DNA from: Stegostoma tigrinum
Lineage: Eukaryota
Direction: 5' to 3'
DNA: 64,000 nucleotides
Assembly: GCF_030684315.1 (NCBI RefSeq)
Contig: NC_081363.1
Span: forward strand, 43,989,254 to 44,053,253
The notes under the pieces were generated by a model. That model saw nothing but the letters and a program-made list of their open reading frames with translations. It was not told the DNA's origin and searched no databases. This document shows positions 13,431 through 26,420 of this stretch, one piece after another; positions within the stretch are counted from its first letter, which is position 1, and every line of letters begins with the position of its first letter. A program made the translations under genes and the position numbers.

Positions 13431-13578
13431 ACTACGGATACTGGAAATCAGAAACAAAACATAAATTGCTGGAAGAACTCAGCAGGTCAGTTCTGAAGAA
13501 GGGTGACTGAATCCTGAACATTAATTCTGCTTTCTCTCTGCACAGATGCTGAGTTTTTCCAGCAATTTTCGTTTTTGG
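13431..13578. mobile_element. Second-family inverted-repeat element with CTGAAGAAG core, in the DMAC2L 5' region
   Basis: Arms aaattgctggaagaactcagca / tgctgagtttttccagcaattt. Related copies at about 12712-12822, 17990-18115, 31722-31876, 33688-33990, 35463-35690, 49107-49202 and 51205-51403. Confidence 0.7.
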
Positions 13579-13772
13579 TCCGGTCCAATGACGGACTGTT
13601 TGTTCAGAGTTTTACTTGTTTTCGAATAGAAGAAACCATGTGAGCCTGTCTTTGCTTTCTCCAGCTCGCAGTGACATCACGTTTGTTATTACAGTATAAG
13701 CGATGGGAAGCATAAATAAATGTGGTATTCTAATCCATCTTTGTTTTTCATAACTTCAGAAAATCTATCAAG

Positions 13773-13876
13773 ATGCTGTTTGCGACGACACCGGCATCTT
13801 TCGCGGCTCTGCGGTGTATACATTCTCCTGTTTGCCGCAGAAATTTTTGGGGATGGTTGAATGCTGTTTTCAACAA
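13773..13876 (+). CDS. DMAC2L: DMAC2L / ATP synthase subunit s (factor B), first coding exon
   Basis: MLFATTPASFAALRCIHSPVCRRNFWGWLNAVFN(K) contains the FWGWLNAVFNK signature. Acceptor ttcag at 13759, donor gtaagt at 13877. Confidence 0.92.
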
Positions 13877-13963
13877 GTAAGTTTAAGCTAAACGACAACT
13901 TACCACTTCGAAATCGTTCACCAATATATCGTATGTAATGATGGTCCATTCCCTTTCAAATAG

Positions 13964-14172
13964 GGTGGATTATGATCGTATAAAGGCTGTTGGTCCAGAC
14001 AGAGCTGCATCAGAGTGGTTACTTCGTTGTGGCGCTAGTGTGCGTTACAAAGGCTTTGATAAGTGGCAGAAAGATTACAATCACCTACCCACTGGCCCAT
14101 TGGAGAAATTCAGAATTGAAGGAATTGATGCCACTGAATCATGCATTATGTTCAAAGGATTTGACTACCTGG
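13964..14172 (+). CDS. DMAC2L: DMAC2L coding exon 2 (209 bp)
   Basis: VDYDRIKAVGPDRAASEWLLRCGASVRYKGFDKWQKDYNHLPTGPLEKFRIEGIDATESCIMFKGFDYL, with tag/gtac boundaries. Confidence 0.96.
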
Positions 14173-15239
14173 GTACTGTATCTTTTAGTAATAGTTCATT
14201 TCTGTAATATTTTGGTAATGGTTTAAAACATTTCTAATGGCTTTTGTAAGAAAAGAATTAAATGATACCAATAACATCTTACAACAGCATGTAGTTGCTT
14301 GTTATAAATTCATATAATCACAATTATAATGGAAACTCCACATAAACATGCATGATTCTAATAGTAGAGGTAGTGCAGCATGTTATTCGCTGGAGGATTT
14401 AATTACAGTATGACAAGTCTGACATAGTTTCCACTATAATTATGGATATAGGTGTAGAATTACAGTGGAATTTAGGACATTGTTTAAATGTATACATTTA
14501 AAACTAAATTATAATTGTTCAAACCAGCCCAATTTACTCCTGTCTGGTTTAGCTAGAAAGTGCAATTGATTATGAATCCCTGATGGTGACATGATGATAC
14601 ACTGATTGGTTTTCCCCTTTTTAATCAAATACTAAAGGAATCAATTAACCTCTTAATTCTTTGTTTTGGTTCAAATAATTTAAAAGAATAATGATGTATA
14701 AATATTTAACTACTGATGGTAGTTAACCATGAGCCAGTGTAGGTTAGCAACCATAGAGATGGTAGTTGAACAGGTCTTCATGCGTCTAAGGACATGGTAG
14801 CAGATTTTTGGACAATTTTAAATTTAGCGGTGAGCGTGTGAAATTACTCCAGCCTAGAAGTAATAGATGTTTGAACAATTAAAAGAATCAAATCAGTTAA
14901 TGTTGATGAGGTATCGGTAAGCATCAGAAAACTGGGCGACTCCTTTTTAAAATGTACCATTTGCCTATTAGAAGCAACCAAAATATATTTCTAATGTTCT
15001 GCTTGAAAGGTTCCAGTTGAAAATATTCAGTTAAATGTAAAATCTATACAGCAAGAAAACTATGTTAAGTAAACAAACAATTCTGAATAAAATTCTCATT
15101 ATTAGAATTTGCTTGTAGTATCTTGCAAGCCCTTGGAAAGTGTTTTTTTTTTCCCCCCCAAAACTACCAAGTCATGTACCAGGAGCTCAATTTGGAATAC
15201 TTGTTTGGAGCATTATTGATTGGGTTTAAAATAGTTACC

Positions 15240-16150
15240 AGTTTCTTTCCCAACTATTTCTGTGTCATCCACAAATTTTGCTAAAGTATTTTTACTTTCC
15301 TCATCCACGTCTTTATATATTGTAAATAATTGTGGCTCCTGCATTGATCTCTTTGGCACACTTCAGGTTGCCGTCCTGAAAATGTCCGACTTATCCCAAC
15401 TCTCTGTCTTCTGTTAGTTAATCCTCTATTCATGCTAATATACTACCTCCAACACCTTGTGTTCTTATTAAGGAGTCAAATGAGTGGTATATCATCAAAT
15501 GATTTCTGACGATCCAAATATTTTGCTTCCTCTTTATCTGTCCTGCTTGTTACTTCCTCTGAGAGTTCTACTAATACCTGGATTTTACATCCTGTACAGT
15601 AAATTTTTATTTTTTCCCAAGAATAGACATTAACCTAACTGGCCTATAGTTACATCTTTATTTTTTTTGTCTCCTTTCCATCATAAATAAAGGTGTTACA
15701 TTGGTAGTTTTCCAGTTATCTGGGACTTTCCTAGAATTTAAAGATTCCTGGAAGAATAGTACCAGTATGTACACTATCTCTTGTAATTACTTCCTTTAAT
15801 ATCTTAGGATACATCCCATCAAGTTCACTTTATCTCTAGTGATGTTTTTTTTGTTTATTTCCTCTCTTCTTTTTGCCCTTTGAACATTTAGTAATTTTTT
15901 AATGCTATTAGTGTCTTCTACCGAAAAGACTAATGTACAGTTTTTATTCAACTTGTCTGCAATTTCCTGATTCCATTATTATTTCCCCAGCCTCATTCTG
16001 TAAGAAGCCATGTTTGCTTTGGCTTCTCTCTTGCTGCTCATCTTGATATTTACTTGCAAGTCTACCCTCTGTTTATTTTCTTCCCTTTTCTTTGGTCGTC
16101 TTTTGTTAAGTTTATGAAACTTGTTCAATCTCTTGGCTTAATAAGTGAAC
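15240..16150 (-). mobile_element. Highly degraded CR1 LINE fragment
   Basis: Antisense CR1-like RT remnants (ctggcctatagttac..., tcatcaaatgatttctg). Confidence 0.55.
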
Positions 16151-16962
16151 TGTTTGGCTACAAATACAACATCCTTGGCCATCAAGTCCTCAGGTGAAAC
16201 TTGAACCCAGTGCTACTGACTGATACGAAGGGATAATACTAATTGCACCATGTCCTCTTTGAAATGCAGTGACTATCGCTTGAACTTATTCTCCTGCTTT
16301 GACCTATGTCTGATTTTTAAAAAAATATCACCACTCTCCTTTGTGATACCTCTTGCTACCTGCTTCTATTACTACCACTTTATTGCAAAATTAATTCTAA
16401 GGTAGTGTATGTCATAAGTGTTGTAGCTAGACCTAAAACTGTACATAAATCTTGGCTATCTATCCTAACCGCTTCCAGAATTCCTCAAAATGCAGAACAC
16501 ATTCAGTACTTCCAGTCGACAGCCCTCCTCACTGCCAGTTCTCTTCCCACTCCCTAACTCCACTTATTGTTCCTACATTTAACTCTTTTCAGTTACTCTG
16601 GTACAAATGCTGCTAATTTGTTAATTACCCCAAATTAGCATAATTCTTCCACTTTATGCATTGCCTGAAACTTCCTATTGCCTCAGGTTTCCTCTGGCTA
16701 CAGCTTCCTGCTCCTGCTATTGGGACTGTCACCTCAACGTACAAGACCTTGCAAAGTCCCTGCCTTGAGTGCTGTCAGAGGCCAACAGTCACTTGTAATA
16801 TATTTAAACAAATAGGGAAAATGATGTTATTGGTAAAAGTGCATGTCTGATACTTGAAATCAAATGTGATGAAAATGGTTTTTAGTATAAAGAAATATAA
16901 GATCTTTGGCAGATCAGTTAAAACTCTCTTGTAAGATTTCTCATTTGTGTGTTTCACTGTAG

Positions 16963-17134
16963 ATGACCTGGAGCATGTTGAAGAAATTAAATTCCAAAGG
17001 TGTATTTACATTCAAGATGAGTGTCTTGAGAGGTTATGTGGGATAGGAAATTTGCAAAAGAGCCTGCAATGGTTGGAAATTATTTCCTGTGGAAACGTCA
17101 CAGACCGGGGAATCATAACTCTTCACCACCTTAA
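16963..17134 (+). CDS. DMAC2L: DMAC2L coding exon 3 (172 bp)
   Basis: DLEHVEEIKFQRCIYIQDECLERLCGIGNLQKSLQWLEIISCGNVTDRGIITLHHL (LRR-like), with tag/gtatgt boundaries. Confidence 0.95.
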
Positions 17135-17613
17135 GTATGTATTTTGGCACAAAAATATTGTGACCATTGAAAAAATCAACCATGTTTGTATCATGTCATC
17201 ATGACAAAACACTTTACTGTCGTTAGCCAACTAAAAATGTAGTGAAGTTATAATAAATTCTTTGCATCCAGCTAAAGAATGAATCAACAATACTAAGGGT
17301 AAAAATTATTTTGGTCAGCCAATATAACAAATTGTGCCTAATCCCGAATTCATTACTATAATTTGAACTTTGAGTTCTATTTGCTGGAATTCTGGTTAAA
17401 ATGAATGAAAATGCAACTAAATCTCAAGGTTCCTTCTATTCCCCAACACCTGCCCCACCCATCTGATGAAATACTTAATACAACAGCATTGACTTTCATT
17501 TATATAGCTCCATTTATTGCAGAGACTCCCAAAGTACTTTGCAGGGTGTGAACAGTAGAAAGTATGTCCAAGCCAAAAAAAAAAGTTGTGAAGGGATGTA
17601 AAGGAGGGGGGAG

Positions 17614-17639
17614 GGAGAGAGAGAGAGAGAGAGAGAGAG
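17614..17639. repeat. (GA)n microsatellite
   Basis: About 13 GA units. Confidence 0.9.
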
Positions 17640-17684
17640 CACGAGAGAGCGCGCTTGGTCATAAAAGATCAATATCAGATGAAT

Positions 17685-17779
17685 AGATAATAAAATGTGA
17701 GGCTGGATGAACACAGCAGGCCAAGCAGCATCTCAGGAGCACAAAAGCTGACGTTTCGGGCCTGGACCCTTCATCAGAG
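17685..17779 (-). mobile_element. Solo ~95-bp Penelope pLTR tip (hammerhead motif to TTATC)
   Basis: Near-identical to the reverse complement of 33405-33498. Confidence 0.85.
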
Positions 17780-19803
17780 GATAATGACCATTGGTAGTGC
17801 TGAGGTTAAAGACCTTGGAAAGGCCAAACCATAAAGGGATTAAAATACAGGAATTGAACATTTTTATTCAGGCGTTGGAAATGATGAGTGAATATTTCTT
17901 GGCAAGGACTGGAATTGTAGATAAAGACTTTGCATAGATAGGTAGCTGAAAATTATGAAATGAGAATGGCAGGCTGGATAGGAAAGCTGTTCTGAAGAAC
18001 TCATATCAGACTCAAAACAATAACTCTTTCAGTCTCTCAAATGCTCCTAGATCTGGTAAGCTTTTTCGGCATCTTATTTGTTTCAGATTTTCAGCATCTA
18101 CATAATTTTGCCTTTTTTATTGTAGTGCATAGTTTAAACTAACCAGTAATCAGTATGTTTTAATGGTTTTAATTTATTTATGAAATGTGAGCATTCTTAA
18201 ATGTCTGTGAAAATGTGATCAGCTGTGCCTTGAACCACTGCAGACAATGTGGTTTATGCCTGGGGTGCTTAAAGGCAGGGTGTTCCACAATTTTGAACCA
18301 GCAGTGATAAGAATGGTGATACTTTGTAGTATTTTAGAAACCAATATCCTTGTATATAGTGCTGGTGTTACTAGTTACAGTACCAAATATCCTTTTACTA
18401 GCAGATTTTCCATTCAGACTTGACCATTGGTTTATATCATACATGCTCTCCTTGCACTTTGGTTCGGAATCCTGAAGCTGGGAATGTATTCTCGTCTTAA
18501 TTGGGAGCAGCCTGGCTTGAATCAATTTGTCTTGATTGGTTGGTTAGTGACCTCCTATGTATACCTCCCTCAAATTAAAGGTAGGCAGGTTCTCTAAGCT
18601 GGAGGGTTAAGTGGAGGCTGTTCAGCAGGGAGGGAGCAGAAATGGATGGTAAAAGAGAAAGTTGAAACAAAAGATAAACTAGTTCAAATGAAAAAGGCCA
18701 CCGCTCCTGGATCAGCATTCTGTTCCTCCACAAAGGCCTGTTGGGGTAATGGGAAATGAACAACGGACATCCTGACACACTGGCTTTGTCTTTGTAGCCA
18801 ATCCCAAACAGCTGCCTCTGTAAATTACATAGCTACCTTAGCCATAGCTTTTAGATGAGTTAACATTTAATTCCCAATCCGGCTTTCCTAAAAATGACAG
18901 TTTCATGCTACTGATTAAACCAGCACACTGGATGGAGTGAATGTGCATACATCTACTTCAGTTCCTGCCCTACATTAGGGTAAAATCATGCCAGTGGTCT
19001 TTTTTTTTTTGGTCAACTTTGGCAGTTAATTAATTGTATTCATTGCTTTCATTGTGATATGGAAAATCCTGAAGATGGTACATTCTGTATCCATTTTTGA
19101 TGGTTCAGTCAAAGGAAGAAATAACACTGGCTCTAATTAGTCAGTTACTTCAGACAATTGAGAAGATCCAGGTTTTGGAGTAACTTTGAAAATAGTTGTC
19201 ACAGCTCCCATAACTGCACTTATTCCACTTATAGATCTGTTAATGCTAGTTGTTGAGTAATTGATCAAATGTACATGCATTGCATGTAGGGTGCTACAAA
19301 GGGCTTGGTATGTGTTTACAGCAGCACCACCAAGCAAGCAGTTTGGCACTTTAAGTTTCAGTAGGTATAAAGGCCAATTGGCCCAATCTGGTTTTAATAT
19401 TTATCCTTTTTACTTAGTCATACTGATTGTGTTAATGCTGCTTCCAATCTCTTGACTTTTTTTTCTTCTATCATTTACTTATTCTTACAAATTGATTTAT
19501 TGTTTTTCCTTCAGCCATTAAGTCCATTTAGATATAATACACACAGCACAGTGAAAGTGCACTGATATTTTGGTGATGCATGTACGTTGATCCATGTAAA
19601 TTGTTTGAAAATTGTAGTGCAATCACAACGTTCTACTAAGTGACATTCTGTTATCATGAAATGTTTCTTAGAAGGTATTTTAATACAGCATTTAAATTTG
19701 GAGCTGACAAAAATTAAACTTTGATTTGAAGTACAGTGAAATTTTGAATATCACTTTTTAATGTACAAAGTGTTAAATTTTTTTCTTTCTTATCTTACTG
19801 CAG

Positions 19804-19915
19804 AAACCTAAGATATTTGTTTCTGAGTGATCTTCCTGGCATAGAAGAAAAAGAAAAAACTCTTCAGCTTTTAGCAACAGCTCTACCTACCTGCGAGATT
19901 AAAGTTGATCTTTAG
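19804..19915 (+). CDS. DMAC2L: DMAC2L last coding exon with stop
   Basis: NLRYLFLSDLPGIEEKEKTLQLLATALPTCEIKVDL*. Joined CDS is 104+209+172+112 = 597 nt (198 aa). Confidence 0.94.
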
Positions 19916-20725
19916 AACTACAGCTTACAAATTTATGTATTGTCTATATACAATGCTACTTTGGAAAGAAGGACAAAAATGACATTATCTGCAAAAAGGG
20001 AGGCTCGTGCTTTTGCAGTAGTTAGACATCAGAATGTGTTAGCCACAATTGCACTCACTGAAGTTGTCCAAGGTGTTTTAACCTAATCTGTGAAACTGAT
20101 TTGAGCTTTCAAATTGAAAATACTTCATCTATAGTAATTATCTATTTGTTGGTGCTGTAAAATATCAATGAATCAAGACAGTAAAAGTTGCAATAGTATT
20201 TACAGTACATAATTTATAATTCTGAAAATGTTCAAACATTAATGCTTTACATGTTTTTGTAGTATAGGGGAAAAAACCTTCCCCATTAGCCAATATTTCA
20301 AAATACCTTCATCTAAAATGTCTGTACAATTGAGAAGACTACGTTATTTTCACTTTGTAGTTTCTGTATTTATTTGTATTTATAATTAACATTTTTTGAT
20401 GTTGCAAAGTGTACACATAACTATAGATGAACTGGATGTGCAATTTATACCAGTACTAACAGATTTGTGGCTAAGCATACAATATATAGATTTTTCAAAT
20501 CAATGAAGATAAATATTACAGATTTTATAATCTATTTGCAGTTCATAGTTTCAGCTGTTCACCAGTATACATTTATGACAATGATATCTCTAAGGGTATA
20601 AACCAATGATTTTACAAAAGCTGTGATCTTACAGTAGGCACACCTTTGGTTTTAGTTGTTTGATTCAAATATGCTAGATCAGCTTTTCAATGCTAATTCT
20701 TAGTTTGTATTTTTTAAATGAACTG

Positions 20726-20736
20726 TTTATTTTATT
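20726..20736 (-). terminator. Candidate polyadenylation signals of CDKL1 (overlapping AATAAA x2 on minus strand)
   Basis: tttattttatt on +, about 960 nt downstream of the CDKL1 stop. Confidence 0.4.
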
Positions 20737-21695
20737 AGCGAAATTGTATCAATCTAAGTCACTTCTGTGTACAAATACATGGGAAGCAGAACACTGAATT
20801 TTGCATGTTAAGAACTGTCACTTATTTGCAGTTTTGATCCAGTAATAGATTTAAAGTGAAATATTTATGTGCAGCCAAATTTGACTTGTTTTAATTCAGA
20901 TTATCTGTTAGACTAAACAGCTGTTCATGACTACATTGAGCACTGTACTAGAGTTGGAATCTAAGTGGAGCAAGAATGTAAAGAAGTGAAAACTTCTCAG
21001 CAGTGTATTTTAAGGAGTTGGCTGAAATAGGTGGTTTTAGAACTCATCAGAAACATTAAACCCCACTATTCCAAATAATTTCATGTAGAAGTCAGGTGAG
21101 GTCTGAAAGCATAACAACTTTTTTGTTTAAAAATTGAACTTGCAGGTTGTGAATCCAATATTTCAATCCCTTAATACACAGCTTTAAGTCTAAAAAAAGT
21201 CATTGTTATGTTGTTAGATAAAGGCTAAAATGAATCTTTGGCCTGGTGATCTCATAGCTGTAAAAGACTAATGTTGGCAGTATTCTTGACTCAGTCAACT
21301 TTTGGTAAGTGAAACATTGCACTTCTTAGGTAAGTTTACGATACCAAATGTTAATGTGACTTGGGTTCTGCCCAGCAAATGGGATTACAGTTTAAAGCAT
21401 TTTAGCATGTAGTCATGCATAAAATAGTGCTGTTTCTTTGTACAGACATTGTACACATTTTAAAAAGCAACCTGTGGCCAGATACCTTCTGGAACATGCT
21501 CATTTTCATTCATTTTAAACACACTAGAAGAAAAATAACAAACTTAAAGAAAGTGCATACAATCTCAGGTTAGGTAACATGACAAGTCTCCATTTTCAAC
21601 CCCACCAAAGTTTTAAAAACTCTTTAACATCTCTTTTGGACACTTGTTTTCCTCAGTTGGTCTCTTTTATAACTTGGTGTGTTCATGCCACTTGC

Positions 21696-21797
21696 TTAAA
21701 TGTTAGGTAGATGGTAATTATATTTCTGCTTGAAATACTTCTTGCTTTCCATGGATGGAGGTATATTGCTGCTGGTGAGTTGTGGTAAGTACTGCAA
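21696..21797 (-). CDS. CDKL1: CDKL1 last coding exon with stop
   Basis: LQYLPQLTSSNIPPSMESKKYFKQKYNYHLPNI* matches the CDKL1 C-terminus (LQYLPQLT...PNI). Joined CDS is 1047 nt (348 aa). Confidence 0.92.
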   Translation of the reverse strand: MQYLPQLTSSNIPPSMESKKYFKQKYNYHLPNI

Positions 21798-22832
21798 CTA
21801 TACAAAACATTATGGGGTGGGGGAGAGAAGAAAGAGTCAAGGGAACAATAAACAATACTTGGAATTGATCTAAAAACAGCAACTAACTTCTGTTGCATTT
21901 AGTTAACATTAGTACAGGTTTTTTTCCAAGCCAATTCTTGGGAAGGAGAAGTCATAATTCATATTTTCTCTTTCAGTTTAAAGCAGTATAATACTTAACA
22001 ATAAATATTTGTATCACTGCACAAGTATTTGAATTTGGAGCTGGGGTGGCCATTACAGCCCCTTGAGCCTGCACTGCCATTCAGTATTATCATAGCTAAT
22101 CTGATTACTTCTCAGTGATCTTTGCATTAAAAATATTCAGACTTTTCCTCAAAAGGTGATACAAGACTCTCCCTGGTGGAGGAAAAAAATATTCTCATTA
22201 ATATATCCCTTTGTAACCTCCACCATAGGTGCTTTGCATCTTGCTTTCCTACTTTTACCTTTGTGTTATGAATAAATTGAGCAACCGTGCCTTCTGGAAA
22301 TCTAAGCAGCAAACACCCATTGGTTGCCCTTTATCCACAATGCATGTCCTTCTGAGAATGCAAATTGGTTGGATATCACTTCCTTTTCTCAAATCTTGTT
22401 GACTCTGCCTGATTACCTTGAACTTTAAGTGCTCTTATCACTTTTTTTAATACCAGCTTTCAATATTTTTCTCTACTACAGATGACAAGCTGTTGGTTCT
22501 TACATTCCAACTCCCCATTTTTTTTTTAATAAAACTGTCTGAAGGGATAAGGAGTGATTTAAGAAATAAACAGTCAGGATCTAAAATTGCTAGACCTTTA
22601 GAATGTTTTGCTTTGAGACATGAGTAGGTTGCTAGACCGGTGCAGAGCGTGTGTTGAGAATCAAACCAGTAAACATTCCCATGCACAGGATGTGATATGT
22701 CTGTACTAATAACCAAATGTGTAACAAATTGATTATTATTTACAGGAAGTTCAATTTTCTGTATTTCTAAAATTACAGTATTATCTAAAACAACTTTATT
22801 TCCAAAATTCATTTTATCACATGGCTACTTAC

Positions 22833-22982
22833 TGCTGGTGCATTTCTGCGTGGTGGTTTTACACGCTTTTTCAGAGCTTTTTGTTTGCTCATTTCCAGCT
22901 CTTTTCTGAGACTGTCAAAGTATGGCTGATCCAACAACTGTTCACAATTTAGACGAGCAGCAGGATCCATATGTAAACATCC
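22833..22982 (-). CDS. CDKL1: CDKL1 coding exon 8 (150 bp)
   Basis: [50 protein letters not shown], with tag/gtaagt boundaries. Confidence 0.93.
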
Positions 22983-24169
22983 CTAAGTGTATAAATCAGA
23001 ATGAATACAGATTCTACAGTTGTGCACTTTTTTTAACCCTATATCCACTTTCATGACAGGAGTTAAAGTACTGTCATCAGATTTTTTTTTGCAGGTGTTC
23101 TTAATGAAATTTCATTCCAAGATCTCTAAAACTATCGAACATATCCTCTAGGTGTCAGACTGTGAATAGTAACTAATTTTAGGATTTTATTATCTTACAA
23201 GGCATTGTTAAAAATGTGGCACTTGGGCAAACAGTTACCCACTTCCGTATTTCATCCCACTGAAAATATATTCTAAGACTGATCATACACTTTCTATAGT
23301 CAGGCCAGTCAGTGACAACGTGGCTTCACTGGAAGAATGGTAAAGTGCACTGTTTACATTTATTGAAATCACATTTTATCAGTCACTCACTCCAATTGCT
23401 AAGGTGATAGTTAGGTAAAAGAGAATTCATAACAAGTATTAAAGTTTTAAAAGTAACTTTATTAATGCAATTACTGTGTATTACTAAAATTAAGTTACTC
23501 CTGACACATGATTCAGTAATTAGGGTTTGATTTGATGTCATCAGTGTTTCAGGGAGTTAAAGAACTGAATTGCCAGTGTCTGAAATTAGTCAAAAAATAT
23601 TTAGTATAGTAACTCTTTCTGAACATGTATCTCTTGTGAACTGTTTCCTCTTATTACAAGAAAAGTTTTACGAGAATGCAGTAGGAATGGAATTTTCATT
23701 AAATTTACATTTGAACTGAATACCATCTATTCAATAATGTTTACATACTAAATAGTGTCTGGGTTAAATGGATATGTGAAACCAGATACTGGCTATTTTA
23801 AATAATGATAAGTAGGTAATAAGTGATTTATCATCTCTTACCAGAGATGCACAAGGGAAGAGTGATCTATCATGAGGGAATTTCACATGCTGTTTTGGGG
23901 TGAGAAACTTCGATCTGAAGCTTAAAGACAGTTGCAAAGTGTGAAGGTGGAATTCACTAAAGTAAGCTGGTAGATAAGCAGGGGCAGGTATTTGAAGATA
24001 TTTTATAGTTTTACATGCCAGAGAGAAAAGGGAACTAAAACTACTGTTAGTCCAAACGATGGTATCACAATGAAAGGAAAAATCAGCAAAATGTTATGGG
24101 GTGGAAGTTTGGAAAAATTATGGAAATTACTAAAGAATATTTAATATCTGATGTATTAAGAGTAAATTT

Positions 24170-26420
24170 TAGAATATAAAACAACTTCTGCAAGTATATA
24201 AACAAGGAGTACTTGATTTAAGCAACAGTCTCTTAGAGAGTAACATTAAGAACTAACGTGAAACAAGGAAATGATAAGGGATCCAAATAATCAAGGGAGA
24301 GGAATATTAAAATCATTGTCACAAAAACAAAAGTATAAACCAAATAAATAGGACTTATGCTAAGAATCACTGTGACCTGATGGCCAGCATCCTGGGGTTT
24401 AAAAAGTGAATGGATTAACTGCAGTATTCCTAATTCTCAATTTTAGAAGGGTCCAGTGAATGGAAAAACTGCAGTATAAAGCAAGCAAATCAGAGTTACC
24501 ATTTCAGATTGGAGTCTTCCTTCTTTGAAGGAAAATAGAAATGTAATCAAGCTTTAAAGTGGTGGGATAAGATATCTCACAAAGCCACTTAAGAAGCCAT
24601 AGTGTCAGGGTGGTATATTAGGGATGGAATATTAACTAAACAATTGAAAACAAATGTTGGGATAAGATGGAGATTTTCAGGTTGACAAGTTGTAACTAAT
24701 TGATTCTGCTTAGAAGAGGTATTACCATGGACAATACACCCATTGATGATGATTCACAATTAACTGCCAGGCTTTGCTTACGTTTTAAACCAGGTAGGTT
24801 AATCCACTATCCTGATGATGTTTTTTTAAAACAATATATTGTACAAACGCAAAGAATGAAGGCTGTTGTTTCTGAAATTATACTGAAAGGGTAAGGTACA
24901 TGAAATGTTTGAGCAATGGGTCAAAATGGCTCTTTTACATTGCCCTTGTACAGTAACATACCAGCAGTATTCATCACTAACCCAATGCCACTGTTGAGCC
25001 AAAGAAACATTCTGCCCATCAGATAAATGAATAATATTGTATATGACTATGAGTTGCTAAGTACAAGGCCTGTATGTTCCAAAGACTGGCAGATCCTATT
25101 AAAACAGCACATTCCATTGGCTGTCAGCAACAAACAAGATACTGACTATTCCCAATCAAAACATGCAACAATATCCAATAGTGTGTGTGATGCTGCAGTT
25201 GGACAGCATTTACTAGATATTTAAGTGTGGGGAGAAAAAAACAGAAATAACATTAACCAACACTATGCCTGTTTCAACTCAACAAAATAGATATCATCCA
25301 TTTGCTGACTCATTTGTCCTCTAACCCAACAGATTAACCAACTTGGTTTGAATTTTAAAACAAAGCCTGGCACTTAAAGGATTCTTTCTTACAAAACTCT
25401 TCAGATGCTACCAGACTTAGTAATATTTCCTAGATTTTCTATTTTTATTTAAAATTTCCAGGGTCTGCAGAACTTGGATTTTGAGTAAATGTAATATGCC
25501 TCCTCAAAAATAACACATAGCACGAAACGAGGCCATTTAGCCTAGCATCCCTCGTTATCAATGAGGATAAGGAAGAAACCAAAAGATAATTACTTTTGGA
25601 AATCCAAATGCACTAATTAAGGTACCACCTCAAAAGTTACAGCACAAGATGAGGTCATAGTTAAGTAATTTATGGATAGAAGATCAGCTAACAAACAGGA
25701 AAGCATCAGGATAAATAGACCATTTTCAAGTTGGCAAACTAACTTGTGAGTGCCACAGGTATCATTGCTGGGACCGCATATATTTACAATATATATTCAT
25801 GACTTGGATGAAGGGATCTGTACTAGAACCAAATTTATTGATGAGGCAAAAATAGGTGGGGTAACAAGTTGTGATAAGGATCAAGGAGTATGCAAAAGAA
25901 TACATGTGGCTTAAGTGTTTTTAGCTAAAATTTGGCAGATGGTATTTCTTGTGAAGCAAATGAGAACTTATCCACTTTGGAATGGAAGAATAGAAAAGCA
26001 AATAATTTAATGCAGAGCTGTGCAGCATGTTGTGGCACAGAGGCATCTGGGTGCCTTTGTATGTAACTGACAGCATGTTAACAAGGAGGGAGGGAAATAC
26101 AATGTTGGCATTTATTGCAATGGGGTTGGAGTACAAGTGTGGTGAAATCTTGCAAATGTACATGGTGTTGGTGAGATTGGAATTGAGTACTCCGTAACAT
26201 TTTAAAGGAGTGATGTGCCTGCAGTTCACAGATGATTTACCAGGTCAATTCCTAGGATAATGGAGTATTGTGGAAACATTGAGTAGGTTGGCTTATTTGT
26301 GATGGAGTTTAGTAGGATGAGGGATAATCTTGTTGAAATATGACATTGAGAGAATATTGCTTTGTGAAATGGTTGCGTAACAAGGTATTGTAATTTCAGA
26401 ATTGAGATGGAGAGAAATTG
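24170..26420 (+). mobile_element. Degraded CR1 LINE fragments, interrupted by other repeats
   Basis: CR1 motifs (gtgccacaggtatcattgctggg, atatattcatgacttggatga, aatgttggcatttattgcaatgggg). Confidence 0.55.

Noticed and set aside
12902-13457. Several overlapping 86-170 aa ORFs
   Set aside because: Expected stop-poor frames in a CpG island. The true L2HGDH exon 1 is in another frame.
23841-23930. Possible extra CDKL1 exon (gtaag donor at 23841 on the minus strand)
   Set aside because: CDKL1 exons 7 and 8 already join in frame, and the translation shows no kinase homology.
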